Positions 61,218 through 64,000 of a DNA stretch of 64,000 nt are shown piece by piece. The notes beneath the pieces are model-generated. The model ran no database searches, was not told where the DNA came from, and saw nothing but the letters and a program-made list of their open reading frames with translations. How positions within the stretch are numbered: the stretch's first letter is position 1; each line of letters begins with the position of its first letter. The stretch covers positions 23,560,001-23,624,000 of the forward strand of contig NC_083292.1 in the NCBI RefSeq assembly GCF_963506605.1, given 5' to 3'. Made by a program: the position numbers and the translations under genes. This DNA is from Zootoca vivipara (Eukaryota).

Positions 61218-61330
61218 GGCAGTGTGGTGCAGTGGTTAGGGTGTCAGACTACTAGGACCTGGGAGACCAGGGTTCAAACCCCACCCCTCAGCCATGAAGC
61301 TCCCTCAGCCTAATCTACCTCACAGGGGTG
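61218..61330 (+). mobile_element. tRNA-derived SINE fragment (Squam3-like)
   Basis: gtggtgcagtggttag A box, ggttcaaaccc B box, then cagccatgaagctc...cagcctaatctacctcacaggg. Confidence 0.6.
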
Positions 61331-61789
61331 TTGGGGCCATACCCAGGGAGAACCGGATAGGTCCCTCCAAGTTGCTTGAAAGAAAAGTAGGACGTAAATG
61401 TAAAAAGGTTCAAAAGCGGCCTGTGGTGCCTGGAGGTCAACCCTTTCAGCATGGAGCCTCCTAACCCTTGATGGGAGGGATTATTTCATGGCAAAGCGAA
61501 ACGCACTCTGCACATGCTCAGTAGGCACCTTTCTCTCCACTATTTACTTATTCACATGGCCCTGGACTGTCTTTCTGTCCTTGCCAAGCAGCATTGCCGG
61601 TTTTGCTGTTGACAAAGCGGGGTTGCCAGCTGGCCAGAATTTCCTCCTCCTCCTCCTCCTGGTTAATGGCCAGCGCAGGAGAATGTAGGGCCAGGGGGAG
61701 AGGGAGAGGAATTGCTCAGTGTGGCGTGCTTCCTTTATTTATTTCCCTTTTTTATATACGGCAGTGGCTTGGGAGGGGGGAAAAAGCAC

Positions 61790-62560
61790 GGCACCTATCT
61801 GAGCAGCCGCGCGCGGGGCGGGCCAATACGGTACTCTGCATGTGCCCAGAGGCACTATTTCCTAAGAGAGGCTTTCTTCCTTACGCTGCTGTTCGGCCCA
61901 GCAGGCAGGCGTCTTGAACTTTGGCCGGGGTTGGGGAAGGGAGGAGGAGGCAGAAACAACTCAGCAGAGGTTGGAACTTTCGATATGGCCAAAACGACGG
62001 AGCGCAAGCCCCAGGCCCAGAGGCAGCTCGTGTGAAGGTCTCTTTTTGCAGACACGCACCCCCGACGTCCCGGGGTGCTGTAGCTGCCGTCAGCTGTCTC
62101 TGGCTCGCTCCCTTCTCTGCCTCGCTGCTGCTGCTGTTGCCGCCTTCTGCTGCTGCTTCTCCCTCCCGCGCTCCGCCCTCTCCGTCTGAAGATCACACCC
62201 ACAGCCCGTTTGCCAGCGGCGGACGGAGACCGGGCTCTCCCCCCCCCCCCGCTCTCTCTTCCTCTCCCCGCTTCGATGTCTGCAACTTTCTCGCTCTGCA
62301 CCAACTTCCTCCCGGCCAGGTTTCCGCGGACTGCGAGCCAGGCGTTCAGACGGCAACGGCAGCAGCAGGAGGCAGGCTCACTGCAGGCTGGTCTGCTCGC
62401 CCCGTCGGGGCTCGGCGAGGAGGAGACGCAGCAGCAGCGGGTGATGGGGGCCAAGCGGCGGGGCGGCGGCGGCGGGGTGTGAAGAAGGCGGCGGCGACCC
62501 ACAGCTCCCCTCCGAGGCCGCAGCAGCGAGGCGACAGCCGCGGAAACCGACGGGGCGGCC
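61790..62560 (+). promoter_or_regulatory. EHBP1L1 CpG-island promoter and 5' UTR
   Basis: GGGGCGGG at 61815 next to CCAAT at 61823; GC-rich leader. Confidence 0.6.
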
Positions 62561-62664
62561 ATGAGTTCGGTGTGGAAGCGGCTCCAGCGCGTCGGCAAGC
62601 GGGCGGCCAAATTCCACTTCGTGGCCTGTTACCAGGAGCTGGTGGTGGAGTGCACCAAGAAATG
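62561..62664 (+). CDS. EHBP1L1: EHBP1L1 first coding exon (start of NT-C2 domain); gene continues beyond the window
   Basis: GCCATG; MSSVWKRLQRVGKRAAKFHFVACYQELVVECTKKW |gtgagg; downstream of FAM89B as in human. Confidence 0.92.
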
Positions 62665-64000
62665 GTGAGGCTGGGTGGGGCAGCGGGGCCGTGGGGTGGG
62701 GGGAGAGGGAGAGACGGTGACTCAGGGTCTTGTGAGTACACGAGAAGGGGTTTTTTTTGGGGGGGGGGAACGGGACCCAGGAAGTGAAGAAATGGGCGGG
62801 GAATGCACGAGCAATGGTGAAGGGGCGGGGAAGGGTTTCACAACTGCCTTGTAAGGTAGGCCGGTGTTGCTAATAAACCCAAGGGATATAATATATTATC
62901 ATATAGAATCGTAGAGTTGTTAGGGACCACGAGGGTCATCTAGTCCAACCCCCTGCAGTGCAGGAATATTTTGACCATCGTGGGGCTTGAACCCATAACC
63001 CTGAGATTGAGTCTCATGCTCTACCAACTACAGTATATTCTATTCTATTCTATTTCATACTTTGTACCCACGAGAATACAATAAAGCCTTCATATTATAT
63101 CTTGGTATAATTTTTCACAACGGCCCTGTGTTCATAAACCTGTATTGTATTGTAGATGCAAAAGGTTGCGAGAGGAAGGACAGTTTGGGGGAAGGGCTCC
63201 TCAAGGTGAGGGGCAGTGGCGTGATTTGTGTTTGCTGCCAGTCAGTGTGATTTGCTGCCAGTCAGTGTGGACAATACTGAGCCAAATGGACCAATAGCCT
63301 GTCTTGGTACTATAAGGCTTTTTCCTAGGTCCCTTTTTAAATCTGCCTTTTCTTCACAACCATGAGGACTAGAAGCTTAATTTATCTTTTATGGGAAGGA
63401 CCATATGCTTGTGGTCTCTGCCTTGCTTAGTAATCTTGTACTGTTCATTGCTTCCTAATTCATATTGTTTATATCATTGCTTGATAGAGCACTGTATTTT
63501 TACAGTTGTACACTCCTCTGGTTTAGAAAAAAAATTAAAATACGTAATAAGATCTTAGGACTGACTGCAATCATTTCCTGGTAGGGCTGAGAAATGTCTT
63601 CAGACCAGGAGAGCCCAAGGCCTTAATGGTATCATTAGACTCCTCTAACTCTGCATTGGGATAATGAAAGTTGAAGTCCAATAACATTGGGGAGGGGAGG
63701 GCAAAGTTTTCCCATCTCTGGTGCAGGCCTGACTCTGCATTAAGGCAGTTTCCTGTGTTGCTTTTGCGTGCCTAAGGCTACCTAGACTTTTCATGGCAAA
63801 GATGAGATTTGCGCCAGGGGCTGCCGGTTCCTGTGCAGGCCTTTTTAACCAGTTTGCATTTCACAAGTTGTGTTCTAGATTACGGGTAGAAGCTTGTGCA
63901 GCAGGAAGTGGTGAATGGAGGTGAAAGGGAATAATGTTTTTATTGATTTAACCCATTTACAGTGTTGCTAGTTTCCAAGTAGTTCAGAGTGGTTTGTGAC

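Noticed and set aside
62974-63030. tRNA-like sequence on the minus strand
   Set aside because: Degenerate and incomplete cloverleaf attached to a CR1-type tail; a retroposon fragment rather than a tRNA gene.

Overview
Eukaryotic genomic DNA from a squamate reptile, most likely a lacertid lizard, inferred from the Sauria/Squam1 SINEs, BovB, L2 and hAT MITE families. Six protein-coding genes can be reconstructed with GT-AG splice sites and matching exon phases. (1) CCDC87: 5' part, minus strand, absent from the ORF track because it runs off the window edge. (2) CCS: 8 exons, 277 aa, head-to-head with CCDC87. (3) RBM14: 3 exons, 641 aa. (4) ZNRD2/SSSCA1: 4 exons, 215 aa. (5) FAM89B: 2 coding exons, 180 aa. 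(6) EHBP1L1: first coding exon only. RBM4/RBM4B, which follow RBM14 in human, are absent. In their place is an orphan CpG-island promoter (about 31.2-32.2 kb) with an RFX X-box, several CCAAT boxes and minus-strand splice signals but no recognisable gene; this is the best candidate for something undescribed. The rest of the window is rich in transposons, including several nested insertions resolvable by target-site duplications (TSDs). Gene identities rest on recalled human protein motifs, not on database searches. No firmly demonstrable novel system can be proven from sequence alone.
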